A stretch of 63,531 bases of DNA, filler included, from Globobulimina sp. (GCA_003354225.1; 49 parts of 49 records of this genome joined end to end with filler, not necessarily neighbours in it); one strand, 5' to 3'; positions 49,367-62,234 are shown, numbered from the whole stretch's first letter. The notes: generated from the letters alone by a model not told the origin. A program made the numbers and translations.

Positions 49367-50068
49367 ATGGATATTGAGGATTGTGAAGATATTATTTCGG
49401 GAATGAAAAATATGAATATATCTGGTGAAGAATATAAACACTCATCAAATGTTTATAACGTACATTATAAAAATGAAATAAATGAAAAATATAAAAATGT
49501 ACAGAAACCAGATTACGTTGGAGACTATGTATTTGAACCAAAGGATGAATGGCAAACATTACCAGAAACCGCAAATTATTTTATTCATATTATTGGTAAT
49601 GAATTAAGCGAGTTTAATGTTTGTGATCCATTCCCTGGAGCTGGTAAATTATTGGATTTTTTAACACTGAAATTTGACAGTGTTTGTAGAATCAATAAAA
49701 TTATTGATACATTTAAAGAAGAAAGTATTAATTTATTTAAACAAACTGCGGATTGTTTTATTACAAATCAACCATTTTCAAAAAGGAAACAATGTTTTGA
49801 TTTTTATTTTCAAGTTGATATACCAGTATTAACAATTGAAACTTTATCAGTATTAACAGCAAAATGGTTTCAAGAATTAGAACCAAAAACATTATCACAA
49901 ATTAAAGTATTTTTAATTAATGGAGCCAAATTTGAAGTTTATGGAGAGATAAAATCTGTACCACAGTGTTGTATTATTACGTATAAATTAGATGAATTAT
50001 TTCAAAATGAATATGGTGGTTTAAATATTATTCAAGCAAACGGTACAATAAAAAGAATTGGAAATTAA
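49367..50068 (+). CDS. Putative DNA adenine methyltransferase-like protein (phage/PLV type)
   Basis: DEWQT (motif X), DPFPGAG (motif I), DCFITNQPFSKR (motif IV variant). Confidence 0.6.
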   Translation: MDIEDCEDIISGMKNMNISGEEYKHSSNVYNVHYKNEINEKYKNVQKPDYVGDYVFEPKDEWQTLPETANYFIHIIGNELSEFNVCDPFPGAGKLLDFLTLKFDSVCRINKIIDTFKEESINLFKQTADCFITNQPFSKRKQCFDFYFQVDIPVLTIETLSVLTAKWFQELEPKTLSQIKVFLINGAKFEVYGEIKSVPQCCIITYKLDELFQNEYGGLNIIQANGTIKRIGN

Positions 50069-50100
50069 ATTATATTTCTTTTATTTAATGTTTATTTAAA

Positions 50101-50508
50101 TTATTCGTTTTTCATTTCCTCTTCGCTTTTGATTTCTTGTTCTTCACTTTTGATTTCTTCTTCACTTTTCATTTCCTCTTGTACGGGACTTGGTTCAGGA
50201 CTTGGATACGGTGTTGGTGCACGAACTCTTCTGCTTTGTGGGCGAAACGAAATTACTACAGATGTTGGAGATTGGTGAATTGTTTGTGGTCTTTCTGAAT
50301 AAAATGAAATACATTTCCATATTAAATACGTGATTCCTAAAACAAATAAAAATACAAGTATCCATTCACACAGTAATCTACTTGCTTCTTGTATTTTTGC
50401 TTCTGTTGGCGAAAATGTTGGTTCTTGTGTTGGCGCAAATGTTGGCGATAATAATGTTGGTTCTTCTAATGAACTTTCTGATGAACTGTCATAACTTTTT
50501 GATGGCAT
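50101..50508 (-). CDS. Small single-pass membrane protein
   Basis: S/T/P-rich ectodomain, TM segment, EEIKS repeats. Confidence 0.6.
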   Translation of the reverse strand: MPSKSYDSSSESSLEEPTLLSPTFAPTQEPTFSPTEAKIQEASRLLCEWILVFLFVLGITYLIWKCISFYSERPQTIHQSPTSVVISFRPQSRRVRAPTPYPSPEPSPVQEEMKSEEEIKSEEQEIKSEEEMKNE

Positions 50509-50657
50509 TCTAAATAATTTTTTTTTTAAAGAAAAAGGTAAATTGATTTTATCCCCANNNNNNNNNNNNNNNNNNNNNNNNNNNNNNNNNNNNNNNNNNN
50601 NTTAATTAATTAANNNNNNNNNNNNNNNNNNNNNNNNNNNNNNNNNNNNNNNNNNNN

Positions 50658-51110
50658 GATATTGGAATAATGAATAAAGAGATTTGTTATGTTCGAGATG
50701 ATGGTATAATTGGTATTCCAATGTATGGATATTCAATAATTAAAGATATATATTTAAGTAAAGAGAATAGTATCAAATTCAAGGTAATTAAACAATTATT
50801 TCCAATATTAACAACTATTTTTATTTCTTGTATTGATAAAATAGAAAATAAGTGGGATAGTTTTCAAACAATTGCATCAATATTAATAACAGATGGATTT
50901 TTATTGCAAATATTATCGTATTTATCAAATAAAAATAATACATGGAAATGGATTGTTATTTGGCATCCAAAAAATAGTATGAAATCATTAAAGGAATTAA
51001 TAAATAAACATTCAGTCAAATATGCTAAATATAATTATAAATTAGAGTTTGAACAAGAGAATCATCCGCAATTTGGTAAATTTCATTCTTTTTGTGTGAG
51101 TGCATTGTAA
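50658..51110 (+). CDS. Hypothetical protein, 3' part
   Basis: Open frame to stop. Confidence 0.45.
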   Translation, partial: DIGIMNKEICYVRDDGIIGIPMYGYSIIKDIYLSKENSIKFKVIKQLFPILTTIFISCIDKIENKWDSFQTIASILITDGFLLQILSYLSNKNNTWKWIVIWHPKNSMKSLKELINKHSVKYAKYNYKLEFEQENHPQFGKFHSFCVSAL

Positions 51111-51291
51111 TAAATTGTTTTTCTTTTTTTTGATATTTGTGTCTCATATGAAAATTTACTATTTCGCATTTATGGTTTCGAAATTCGGGATTTTCATGAA
51201 ACACAATGTAACATAAATGTTTGTTCATGGCGAATGATAGAGGTGGAAAGTGGAAATTTCTTAAACGGTTTTATTGCGTCGGTGGATTAAC

Positions 51292-51855
51292 ATGGCAACA
51301 CCTTTGAGTGGATTAACCTTTCATAGAGGCCCAGAGCCACAGACGTCGAAGCGAGATGATTGTAAGGTGTCAGATGAAGTAATGTCAATGGGAAAGTATT
51401 TACAAGAACAATATAGCTTTGCGTCTTCATCAATATTACCAAAAGAGAAAGTATTCTCTACGTCCTCCTTAATCCCCTTATTTATAACTGGCAAAAATAA
51501 CAACGTACCAAATCTAGTGACAATTTTATGGGACATTTATTGTCAATGGAGATTAGTAAAAATATGGGAATCCAAGAAAGATCCGCAAGATCTATCAACG
51601 CCAAAAAATTATTCATTTGAATATTTTTTATTATGTTCTCCATTGGGTGAAAATATGCATTTTAGCTCAAAAAAAATAAAATTATTAGTTAATGGTATGA
51701 ATGAATATTATTTCAATTATTTTTGGCCAATCTCAAGAACCTCAATGGCGCTCATAAACGATTCATATTTATCATACACTAAATATGCATTGTCAATCAG
51801 TCAAGCGGTCGCAGCGGTAATTGCGAAAAATCCGCATTTAATCCCTCTACATTTA
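51292..51855 (+). CDS. Hypothetical protein, 5' part
   Basis: ATG-started open frame to the contig end. Confidence 0.45.
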
Positions 51856-52398
51856 NNNNNNNNNNNNNNNNNNNNNNNNNNNNNNNNNNNNNNNNNNNNT
51901 TAATTAATTAANNNNNNNNNNNNNNNNNNNNNNNNNNNNNNNNNNNNNNNNNNNNATTTGGATGATATTGAAAAATTAGTTCAAGATAAATAAGGAATTA
52001 GATATTTGTTTGTATACTATATTTTTATTATTTATATGATATTAAAGAATAAACTTAAGAATGCGTTCGTACTTGGTTACTATTGTTTTTTTAAATTATA
52101 ATTTATTTGTGGCCTGTCTTTACTTCTACAATTTATGGAACCTTTGATGACTATTAAGATTTACGTAAGCACTGAATATCGAGATAACTGACAGCATTGT
52201 CAAAGATACTGATGACAGAAAAATACTTTACAAAAACACTTTACTTGCTCTGACTCAATCAGTCGCGCACGCTTTTTTACAACATTAGCATCGGAATTGA
52301 CCGACGTTGGATGTATTACACGAAGTGGTGCATCAATCGCAAATTAAATATCCCATGAAATACACATAAAATACACACTAAATACTACCTACATTAAT

Positions 52399-53153
52399 CT
52401 ACATTGTTTTTTGTTTTTTTTCCTTTCTTTTCTTTTTTCTTCTTTTAGTTCTAACACAAACATCAATTTTATTAAAGCAGATCTTGTTAATACTGGCGTT
52501 GTTGTATTGTGTCGCAATGATTTGTTTAAATAATAGATACGCCACAATTGCATCGTCAGATGCATAATAAATTTGTTCTTTGCTCAATTCTTTATTTTCC
52601 CACAATGTATGATTTATTGAATGTTTATATTTCATTTTTTTATTTAATATCGTATTGGACAGCATTTCGAGTCCACAATAATTTGAATTATCAGTATTAT
52701 TTTCCAACAAATGGTTCAATTCAACACATCCATACATTGAAATGTTATGGTCCTGTTTTAATTTTATAGCATCTCCGGAAATTCCTACACCACATTTTAT
52801 AATATTGACACTTTTCAAAAATGATATCAATTCGATTGGGATTGATTTGCGGAATAAATGTATTTGGATTAAAATAATTAATTTTTCATAACCAATTTGA
52901 ATTAATGCGACTTTGCGTTCTCTTTGTCGACGACCCGTCGATTTCCACTCGCAATCATAACCAACGAACGATGGATTGTGTGCTAATAATTGGTGTATCG
53001 CAGAAATACATGATTTTGCATCCTTCACAACACGCACTAAAATTCCGTCATGTTTCTGCATTTGTATTCCGTAGTTCATAGTTTCCAGAAATTTCTCTGC
53101 ATTAAATGTTTTTCAAATTAAGGATTTTTACAGCATGGCACAAGCAAATGATG
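52399..53153 (-). CDS. WRN/EXD2-like DEDDy 3'-5' exonuclease
   Basis: VGYDCEW, ALIQI, KCGVGISGD and QIYYASDDA. Confidence 0.88.
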
Positions 53154-53253
53154 NNNNNNNNNNNNNNNNNNNNNNNNNNNNNNNNNNNNNNNNNNNNTTA
53201 ATTAATTAANNNNNNNNNNNNNNNNNNNNNNNNNNNNNNNNNNNNNNNNNNNN

Positions 53254-54451
53254 ATTTGAGAAGACTTTGATAAGACATATCATATCCAAAACAAACAAAA
53301 TCCTGATAATAATAATCAACCAAGTTATGATATAATTGCTCATCTAATGCAAGAGCATAATATGCATCAACAAGAGTTCTATTTAATGTTTTCTTTCCTT
53401 TCTGCCCCAAATGGCGCAATCGGTGTTCAATGGTGTTTTTATTATTTAATCCGCTGCTCATCTCCATCCATGGTTTCATATCTGCAAAATTCAAATTATG
53501 CCTTGCATTCTCACTCTTATTCCAGTATTTATCCAAATATCCAACACTACATTCTTTTATATTTTTACTTAATTCAATCCAATGTTGTTCAAAGTATTCC
53601 AGTTTACCAACGAAAGAAAGCTCCCATTCATCATAACTTGCCATAAAATGTCCAGTCATTGACCCAATATGTTCCATAACCCGCGTTGATAAAATGTTGT
53701 CGTAATTATTGATCCATTGCCAACTGTCACTCACCAATTGATCAACAAATACGTGTATCCGCTGCAAACATGAATAATTATAATAACACTCATCAACAAT
53801 ATTCCAATATCTTAGCTTTGCCTCAATTAATTGTAAGTTTGTCTGACTCCCAGCTTGCTTTATTTCTAATTGCAACATATGATTAAATGTGTAATATGCG
53901 GACACAAATCTATGTATCGGATGGCGCACGAAAGTGAATCCACAGTCAATATGTTTGTGTAACATGTCAGGTAATGGATAGCCGTCAAACCAAGACTGCC
54001 TCCAATCAATTCTTGTGCCACCAATTGATTCCAGCATCCGTCGCATTGAGCTGCTGCCACATTTAGGGATATGGTAATATGCTACTTGCGGCATTATAGA
54101 ATGTCGTGAATGTGCATTGAGATATCCATTGACTGCAATTAATTCATTCCATTCATAATCCACAACCAATGGCTGCAGATATTGATTGCTTTTGTTATTA
54201 AACTTAGTATCCAGATCTGCAAAATGTATCCTTTCATAATACCATGGTTCTCTTTCTTTATTCAAATCGTTTTTAAATTGCGCAATTTCAGCAAATTGCC
54301 ATTCTAATTGTTTGATTTGGAAATCATTATTTTTGTCAATTTTACGGGCAAAATACCAAAATGGATCATATGACACATGAACTCTTGCCCCACTCCACCA
54401 TTCTACGTTATTTTTGAGAGCATTTAATTGTTCTCTGCCCCATAATTGCGG
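53254..54451 (-). CDS. Carbohydrate sulfotransferase (Sulfotransfer_2), partial
   Basis: YHIPKCGSSS, FTFVRHPIHRFVSAY, FVGKLE and YYQDFVCFGY. Confidence 0.88.
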
Positions 54452-54647
54452 NNNNNNNNNNNNNNNNNNNNNNNNNNNNNNNNNNNNNNNNNNNNTTAAT
54501 TAATTAANNNNNNNNNNNNNNNNNNNNNNNNNNNNNNNNNNNNNNNNNNNNATGGAAACAATGCATGGAAACAATTAATGAAAATATGAAATACAAAAAT
54601 TTAAAATTGGTAAAATTCAAAAGTTGTTTAATTTCAAACCGTAAATG

Positions 54648-55749
54648 CTATTTGGATATTGATTTGCGTTTATTCTCATCGTATCTATCCTCTTTGTATT
54701 GATATTTGTTGCGTTTATCTTTGTTTCTATCTCCTCTATGATCACGATAATGAGTCCTATCTCTATCTCGCTCACTATCTCGATCTCGAGCTCTTTCATT
54801 AGATTTAGATGTATATGTATATGATTCTCTTCTTTTGTATGAATTTCTGTGTTTATCACGTTCCCGATCTCTCTTTCTATCTCGATCTCGATCTCGCTCA
54901 TTAGACCTATTCCTATCCCTATCTCTATGCTTATCTTTTCTTGCTAAATTACTTGAATTTGACTCATGCCTCCATTTATTATATTTATTATTGCCTTTTT
55001 CAGGCGTTTTCTCCCTCTCTTTATCACTGTCCTTATCCCGATCCTTTGCATAAACAGTGAGCAGTGCCCATAAGTCGTCAGTTGCCGGCAACGAACATTT
55101 CCATAACTTTTGCATCTCCGCCACATCAAACCACCCCTTATCACTATGCCGAAACCGCGGCAATAATATAATTTTAATCCTCGCTTTGCTTTGTTTCATA
55201 TCAATCATAAATCCCTTCTTACTCTCTCGGCATTCCTTAATAATCTCGGCATACTCGCTCCGATACGCATCGTCCACACACTTTGCCGCCAAAATCACCG
55301 TAAATTTGGAGCGTGTCACTTTCACCAAATCACTCAAACAGTCACTAATAACCTTAAACTTTGTCCTTCCATTAATCTGCAGACGTTTAGGTATCACTGC
55401 TTTCAATTTGGTCTCCTTCCCACCAATAAAAAACAGCGACAAATCGAAGGCCACATCGGACGACGACCGCTTAATCCATCCATTCCACACATTGCGCGCA
55501 TTGCTGTTACTCCGAGCCACCTTATTATGGCTATAATAGCTCGGATTCATCCGGGGCGGCTCCGGTGGCTCCAACACACTCACTTCGATGTCGTCATCCT
55601 CCATCACCTCCTCCTCCTCGCTCGAATCCACATGGATCTGCAATGGCATATCCTCCTCCTTTTTGCTCTCAATCTCCTTCATTTTGGTCTTGCAGTTCTT
55701 GAGCAATTCGCTCATTTCATGCGCGTCAAAGACAGCCACTTTCTTCTCT
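54648..55749 (-). CDS. SPOC-domain protein with RD/RE-rich tail, partial
   Basis: VWNGWI...IPKRLQINGR SPOC-like pattern. Confidence 0.6.
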
Positions 55750-55849
55750 NNNNNNNNNNNNNNNNNNNNNNNNNNNNNNNNNNNNNNNNNNNNTTAATTA
55801 ATTAANNNNNNNNNNNNNNNNNNNNNNNNNNNNNNNNNNNNNNNNNNNN

Positions 55850-57046
55850 GCAACTTTGCCGTTGCCATTCACCTCCTTTATACCCTGCGATGTCTGCGAT
55901 GTCTGGGACTGCGAGGAATGTGGATGGGCGCTGAACCGGCGCCGTTTGCGTTTCTTCACGGCATTGTTACTCAGCAATGACTGATAATATTTATATCCAT
56001 CGGATTGCTCATCATATAGCCAACTATCAATTGAACAGTAATGTCATTGTGCAAAGGCAATGCGATTCGGAATTCGTATCAAAATATAAATGTTTTTTTT
56101 AGTAAATACCTAAATTTTGGATCATCTCTGGACCGATCCCGCACCGTTTGCTCTAATGCAATGCCATGATTTTTCACGAATGCGGCTAGATTTTCAATGG
56201 CTTGCCGTTGTAATAAATCTGTGCCATCGCTATGTGGCGGTGACTGTGTGTTATTATTCATCATTGATGTCATATTTGGGAGAGCCTCTTTGGTGGTGGT
56301 CGCCTATTGTTAATTTATTAGTGTTTTTATTATGTTGTGGCATGAAATTGAATAATATATCTTAAACATTACCACTTCTGCTTCAAGCAGAATGTTATTT
56401 TTATGCTTCGGTGGTACCCGTTGCTGTGCGGTTTGTTTATTTTTCCTGGCCATCATTTGCTGTTTTTGCAATAGGATTTTTTCTTTGATCTTTTCTAATG
56501 AGCTCTTCTGCGCTAATTTGCGTTGCTGCGTCTCCACAATGGATGAGATTTCCTCCTGTTTCTGCACGATGGTCGTCACAGCGATGATTTGTTGAGCTTG
56601 GCTGGCGGTGATTTGTGGCGATATTAATGAGTCTTTCCTGGCTGCTAACACTTGCTGTTTGTGCCCGGTGTGGTAATTATGGCCTCTCTCTCCGCTGTCA
56701 TATCGATCTCTTTCTACGTCTCTGTCTCTGTCGCGGTCGCGGTCTCTGTGTCGGTCATATCTCGTTCTTTTGGGTCGATCTCTTTCTCTGTCTCTGTGGT
56801 CTCGATGTCCGTGATTCCATTCTCTGTGGTTTCGGTGCAAGGATAAATTTGTTGGAGTGCGAGGATGGAAATGTGTTAACTTGTAATTGTTAGCGTTTTT
56901 GTCGTGATGTCTGGGACGATTATCAGAGCGCTGATAGTCTTTGTGATGGTTTGTATGGTCGTTTGTGGTTTGTGGTGATTGCGATGGTGATGGTGATGGT
57001 GTGTTATTGTGTTGTTTTTGCAGTTGTTTGTTGTTTCTAATGATGG
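55850..57046 (-). CDS. SURP/SWAP-domain splicing factor, multi-exon, partial
   Basis: IENLAAFVKNHGIALE...DPKF, then WLYDEQSDGYKYYQ after an intron; RD repeats. Confidence 0.75.
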
Positions 57047-57146
57047 NNNNNNNNNNNNNNNNNNNNNNNNNNNNNNNNNNNNNNNNNNNNTTAATTAATT
57101 AANNNNNNNNNNNNNNNNNNNNNNNNNNNNNNNNNNNNNNNNNNNN

Positions 57147-58343
57147 TTTTCTCTGCGCATTGAGGCAATTGTGTCCACAGCGAAGCTGTGTGACTATACA
57201 CCATTGCCATCGGTATAAATTATTCATTTCGTGTTTATATGCGTAATGATATCCAATCTGCCAATCAATTAAGTTTCTAATGAGTATAGCATCATTTTTT
57301 CTGTCTCTCCTTCTCATTTTACAATATCTCGTCCATTTATTCAACGTATTGTAGAAACCATATCTCTTGTTTTCCTTCGCAATTGCTTTGCTTCCATAGT
57401 TTATCCATTCCTTTTCTGTGTATATCTTTTCAATTTCATTCCATTGCGCCGTTTGATGAATATTAAACATCGCTGCCTTTGCCATATCGTCAGCGACTTC
57501 ATTACCAATCTCATTATTATGGGCTTTAACCCATATTATATGTACATCGATATTGAAATCCATCAAATCCGATACAGCTTCATAAAACTTTCGTATTTTA
57601 TTTATTATTAAGATATCATTGGATATCCATTCGCCTGCCAGCCATTTGACGACTGTCTCGCTGTCAATAGCAATGCAGACATATTCAGGGACTGCCTCTT
57701 CGGTCACTTCATAAATATCGTAGCAATATTTGTACATTCCCGCCATGCCATGGATAGCCGCATCCAATTCACAGTGGTCGATCGAAGATCTAATGCCGGT
57801 ATGATGCGCGCCGTAGCAATATTCGCTGTTACCATTGGCACTTTGTCTTCCTATACATACATACTTCTCAGCTCTCATTCTATCTAAGTTTGCTTCTTCC
57901 AAATAATACTTCAAATTACATGACCAATAGCCGGCGCCACCGTACTTGTCTTTGTTTGAGCCATCGGAGAATATCAATTGGATCGCATTCCTTTCACACT
58001 TACGTATTTGCTGCGGGCCCGAACCATAACAAAACAAACTATCCGCCCATTCTTCAACCCATTTCTTACTAAAAGACAGTTTCTGTCCATCCTTATCGCT
58101 CGAATGATAGATTAAATTGGTTGGCAATGATATATGGTCGGATTGATACGATAATCTCTTCGGAATCACTGCAAAGTTAATGTTTTTCATAAATTTATAG
58201 TCCGAATTCTTTAATGTCTTCGCTGCGTCGAAAATCTCATACAAAATATGGTACCGACCTCTACGTTTCTTTCTGTATCCATTTAAACGCACATTTTTAA
58301 TCTTAAATTCACTTTCATCGCGCTTTGGCTCTTCAAACTGCCA
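57147..58343 (-). mobile_element. Non-LTR retrotransposon ORF2 fragment with RNase H domain
   Basis: FSDGS, CELDA, IDS, WVKAH..GNEVAD..AK, then QLRCGH..LN. Confidence 0.85.
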
Positions 58344-58589
58344 NNNNNNNNNNNNNNNNNNNNNNNNNNNNNNNNNNNNNNNNNNNNTTAATTAATTAAN
58401 NNNNNNNNNNNNNNNNNNNNNNNNNNNNNNNNNNNNNNNNNNNAATATGGGCATTTTCTTACTATCAACTTGTTCAACTTTATGGTTCAAGATATGTTGC
58501 AGGTAGTGATAATAGTCAACTAGGGGTGCCGTTTTTACTTGTGGATAATGAGGCAAGTAGAGCTGGGTTAGCCAGGTCGTCAGTAGAAG

Positions 58590-59640
58590 ATGTGTATAAT
58601 CGCATTAATAAAGATTTGTCTAGCTGCATTTTTTATTAGTTTAAGATCTATGCTTTTTTCGTTGAAAACTGTTGGGAAAGTGAATTTTATAGTGCAGGAA
58701 TTGTCGCGTAAACCGTCGTATTTGTTGCGTATATGCAATAATACGGCGTCGCATGATTTATTTTTCAAAACTGCGCATGCTTACAATTACAGCGCAAAAA
58801 CGAAATCGTTGAGGTATTTTAGGGAGTTGACCGAGGACGGAGGTGATACGGAGACAGTGCATATTGGCGGTAATATGGATGAAAGTGATGACCATTTAGC
58901 ACCGATGGAACAAATGACTTTTGGAGATATTAATATTAAAAAAGGACAGCATTATTGTGGATATTTTGTGTTTGAAGCGTATCCGTTTTTAGCTGGTAAT
59001 GATGGGTACGATGATACGCTGCAAAGCGGTACAATTACACCGCATAATGTATATAAGAATAATCCCATTACTCCGCAATTGAAACCGCATGCGATTTTGA
59101 ACGCAATTGATGAGAAACAGAGACATGAATTTACACAGTTTTCCGAGTTGAAATTGGGCGCAATGTCGCCAAGCACAGTGAATAAATATCGGAGACAGTC
59201 AGTTTCTACTACTTCGCGAAGGACATCGTTGCAATTCGTGTCGCCGAAGAAGGGGAACACAATGAGTATGAATGAGCATTCTGTGACGTCGTTGTTAGGG
59301 CGAGCTTTGGATGAGGACAATGGGAATAACTATCCATGGAATGATGATTTGGACGATTTAATTGATATTGTGATTGGGTACGACATTGAGTTAAGTGCTG
59401 GCGATCCGCAGTTGAATTCGTTTAAATGTTATATACAATTCTCGGAATATGCACAACCGACATATTATCAAAGTGAATTGACGAGTTTGGAGCAGTTGAA
59501 ATCTTTTTGCCATGGCGGTAGTGATGGGTTGCAATTGTCGCATAATGAGTTGGTTACGAAAATCAATCTAAATTCAAAGTATACAAAACATCCTGAGCTT
59601 GTGTTCAATATTTCATATTCAGAGTTGCATCATAGCCATA
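58590..59640 (+). CDS. Hypothetical protein, partial
   Basis: Long ORF. Confidence 0.55.
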
Positions 59641-60153
59641 NNNNNNNNNNNNNNNNNNNNNNNNNNNNNNNNNNNNNNNNNNNNTTAATTAATTAANNNN
59701 NNNNNNNNNNNNNNNNNNNNNNNNNNNNNNNNNNNNNNNNTTTCTTATACATTTTATCATTGTTATTAGTGATTTGGTCGGTTATCCGTTACTCATCATT
59801 ACTATTCTTTATTGCTTATTTTGGCCTTATTGTGTTTCATAAAAGAAGTTTATTTGGAATTAAGGTACACCTTTATAATGCAATTTAGTTTAGTATTTTC
59901 TAAGTGAGCCGATTTTATGCTTATTGCTCTCGACATTGCATTTCTTCTCATCATCAATTTAACAGTTGCTTTTCGCTATAGTCATCATAAGAGCGCCGTG
60001 AACCGAGTTCTGGAGTGCTCAGATTGATTACATTCATAAATAGCTTAAGGTATACTGTTACAGTGGTGATAGCAGACTTGTATTGTTTTGTGTCATTGCC
60101 CGGATTTCCGAGAGGAGGATCTGTTATAACGACCTTTTTCACAGCCAAACAGT

Positions 60154-60840
60154 ATGTCCGATTCATCTCATAGTAATTTGCCTCGTCCGAATACGAGATC
60201 GAAAACAGCGAAAACGGCAACCGGTTTAGCGTCAGGGTCAAACGAAACATCGCGATCGAAACGTCAAAATCAAATCGCCGACCGTCGCGACACGGCGTCA
60301 GAAACACTTCATACAGCACAGTCGACCGAAGACTTGCAAATGAGTAGACCGAATAGTACAGACGATCTTATGCTTGACGATGTTGATCTTTTGCAGACGT
60401 CGCGTAGCGTCACGCCAAAAGGGGATGGAATTATCGAAAACGGTGCATTCGGGGGCGATCGAGACTTGTTTTTTACTGCTAAAAAACCAATCGATCAAAC
60501 GGAGAAAGCACAGATCGAAGAAGACAAACCTCTTGATGAGACATCAGCAGTTTTCGGACCGAGTACTAAACCTATTTTATCATCGACGAAAATCGGTTTT
60601 GTCGAAAATATTATGGGTGCTGCGTCGAATTTATTTAATCGATCGGATTCGTCGTCGCGTAATCAACATCATCAATCGAATGCTGCCGAACAGTCTGTGA
60701 TTTCTGCAACCGAATTAGCAGCTCGTAAAGAAGCCGATCAGTTACGAGAGGAAAATGAGAAATTGAGACTAACGAATGCACAGACTCAATCAGAATTATC
60801 AAACGCTAATAAGCATTCGAAAGAGCCTGATTCGACATAG
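60154..60840 (+). CDS. Hypothetical disordered/coiled-coil protein, possibly a retroelement ORF1
   Basis: TRS N-terminal motif, CpG-rich, terminal coiled coil. Confidence 0.4.
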   Translation: MSDSSHSNLPRPNTRSKTAKTATGLASGSNETSRSKRQNQIADRRDTASETLHTAQSTEDLQMSRPNSTDDLMLDDVDLLQTSRSVTPKGDGIIENGAFGGDRDLFFTAKKPIDQTEKAQIEEDKPLDETSAVFGPSTKPILSSTKIGFVENIMGAASNLFNRSDSSSRNQHHQSNAAEQSVISATELAARKEADQLREENEKLRLTNAQTQSELSNANKHSKEPDST

Positions 60841-61136
60841 GTAACCTGTTCATCGGGATGGTCGTGGACATAGCCCTCAGCACCCTTTTTGAACTCAACA
60901 CTAACCAGCATGAGATCTTTGGTATATCCCAATATCTNNNNNNNNNNNNNNNNNNNNNNNNNNNNNNNNNNNNNNNNNNNNTTAATTAATTAANNNNNNN
61001 NNNNNNNNNNNNNNNNNNNNNNNNNNNNNNNNNNNNNTTTGTTGCTATTTGCTGTGTATGTGGCAGCATCTGTTTCTTCTGCATTTTGAGCCATTAATTA
61101 CATTAAATTTGACAAAGTAAAAACTTCAGTTTGGAA

Positions 61137-61946
61137 ATGGCAGCAAAATCAAAGAAAAAGTCACAAACTCTATGGAGAGAAAGTCTCAGTGAATTCTTGG
61201 CGGGAACAACAGATAGTATTTTCACTCAATTTTGCCTGACAATGTGTTATTATCTATTCACTCAAACTGAGATCGCAAAGCATTATTTTTATTCGCCATA
61301 TCATATGTATTGGATCTGTTATTTTATTCATGTTGGCATTTTAGACCGTCATATTTGGGGACTAACTTTCAGAAATTCCGTGAGTTACATTTATGCAAAA
61401 CCAGCACAAAGTGCTCTTCGTAGCATTCTTATTATTTTGTGCCAATATATTTCAGTATTTATTGGTGTTTTGTTTAGTATTAAATTCGTTGAATATTTTT
61501 ATTCCCATAATCCATCACTTTCGCTTGAATTAAAACATTTATATGTTGGAAAATATGAATATCCAAACACTTTAAATTACGATCAATACTTTGAATTTAT
61601 TTGGCAGTCATTATTATTTCAATTGGCAGACCGGTTCGTTGGCGGAGTGATTGTGACAATTTCGCCAGTTTTAAAAAGGAAAAGCACGATTTTTGACGGA
61701 AGTTGGATGCAAGTAACTTTCCGATGTTTTGTGATGCATTATTTGATTGTTCATGGCCGGATGAATGTGATTGTCAACGCCAATTATGGCTTTTATGCAT
61801 GTCTATATTATTGGAGGTGGAGCGAGTTGGATTGGATTATTTTGCTCTTGCCTTATATAGCAATATTGATCTGGAAGTTTACATTTAGCAATTTGTCGTT
61901 TCTCCACAATACAGCATATTTTCGAGCATCTCGTTTGAAACAATGA
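61137..61946 (+). CDS. Multi-pass membrane protein, possibly a very divergent MIP/aquaporin
   Basis: RESLSEFLAGT helix 1 and about six TM segments; NPA motifs absent. Confidence 0.5.
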   Translation: MAAKSKKKSQTLWRESLSEFLAGTTDSIFTQFCLTMCYYLFTQTEIAKHYFYSPYHMYWICYFIHVGILDRHIWGLTFRNSVSYIYAKPAQSALRSILIILCQYISVFIGVLFSIKFVEYFYSHNPSLSLELKHLYVGKYEYPNTLNYDQYFEFIWQSLLFQLADRFVGGVIVTISPVLKRKSTIFDGSWMQVTFRCFVMHYLIVHGRMNVIVNANYGFYACLYYWRWSELDWIILLLPYIAILIWKFTFSNLSFLHNTAYFRASRLKQ

Positions 61947-61959
61947 CAAGAGCAAATAT

Positions 61960-62234
61960 CTACAAGTTTGAGTCAATTCGGACACACTGAGCAGATCCAG
62001 CATATTTAGGCAATTTAAGTTTGAATTTTTCACATATTTGTTGCGGCAGAAACCTTCCACCCAAATAATGGATTCCTTCAAATGATTTCGCACAATATTT
62101 TGGCGCAGATAACGAGACCAATACATATGTCGTTTTCATGCGGTCCTTCGTCTATATTCCATCCGGATGGCACATCCACTGCGACCACCGGTATTTTATG
62201 CGCTGCGCAGATCTCATTTATAAGCGGCAATCTC
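61960..62234 (-). pseudogene. NAD(P)HX epimerase (YjeF_N/NAXE) C-terminus with a frameshift near 62125; absent from the ORF track
   Basis: IPVVAVDVPSGWNIDEG in one frame; LVSLSAPKYCAKSFEGIHYLGGRFLP...LPKYAGSAQCV in another. Confidence 0.75.

Noticed and set aside
54617-55805. Multiple overlapping antisense and alternate-frame ORFs
   Set aside because: Shadows of RD/RE-rich low-complexity coding sequence; the same applies to most short opposite-strand ORFs in the track.
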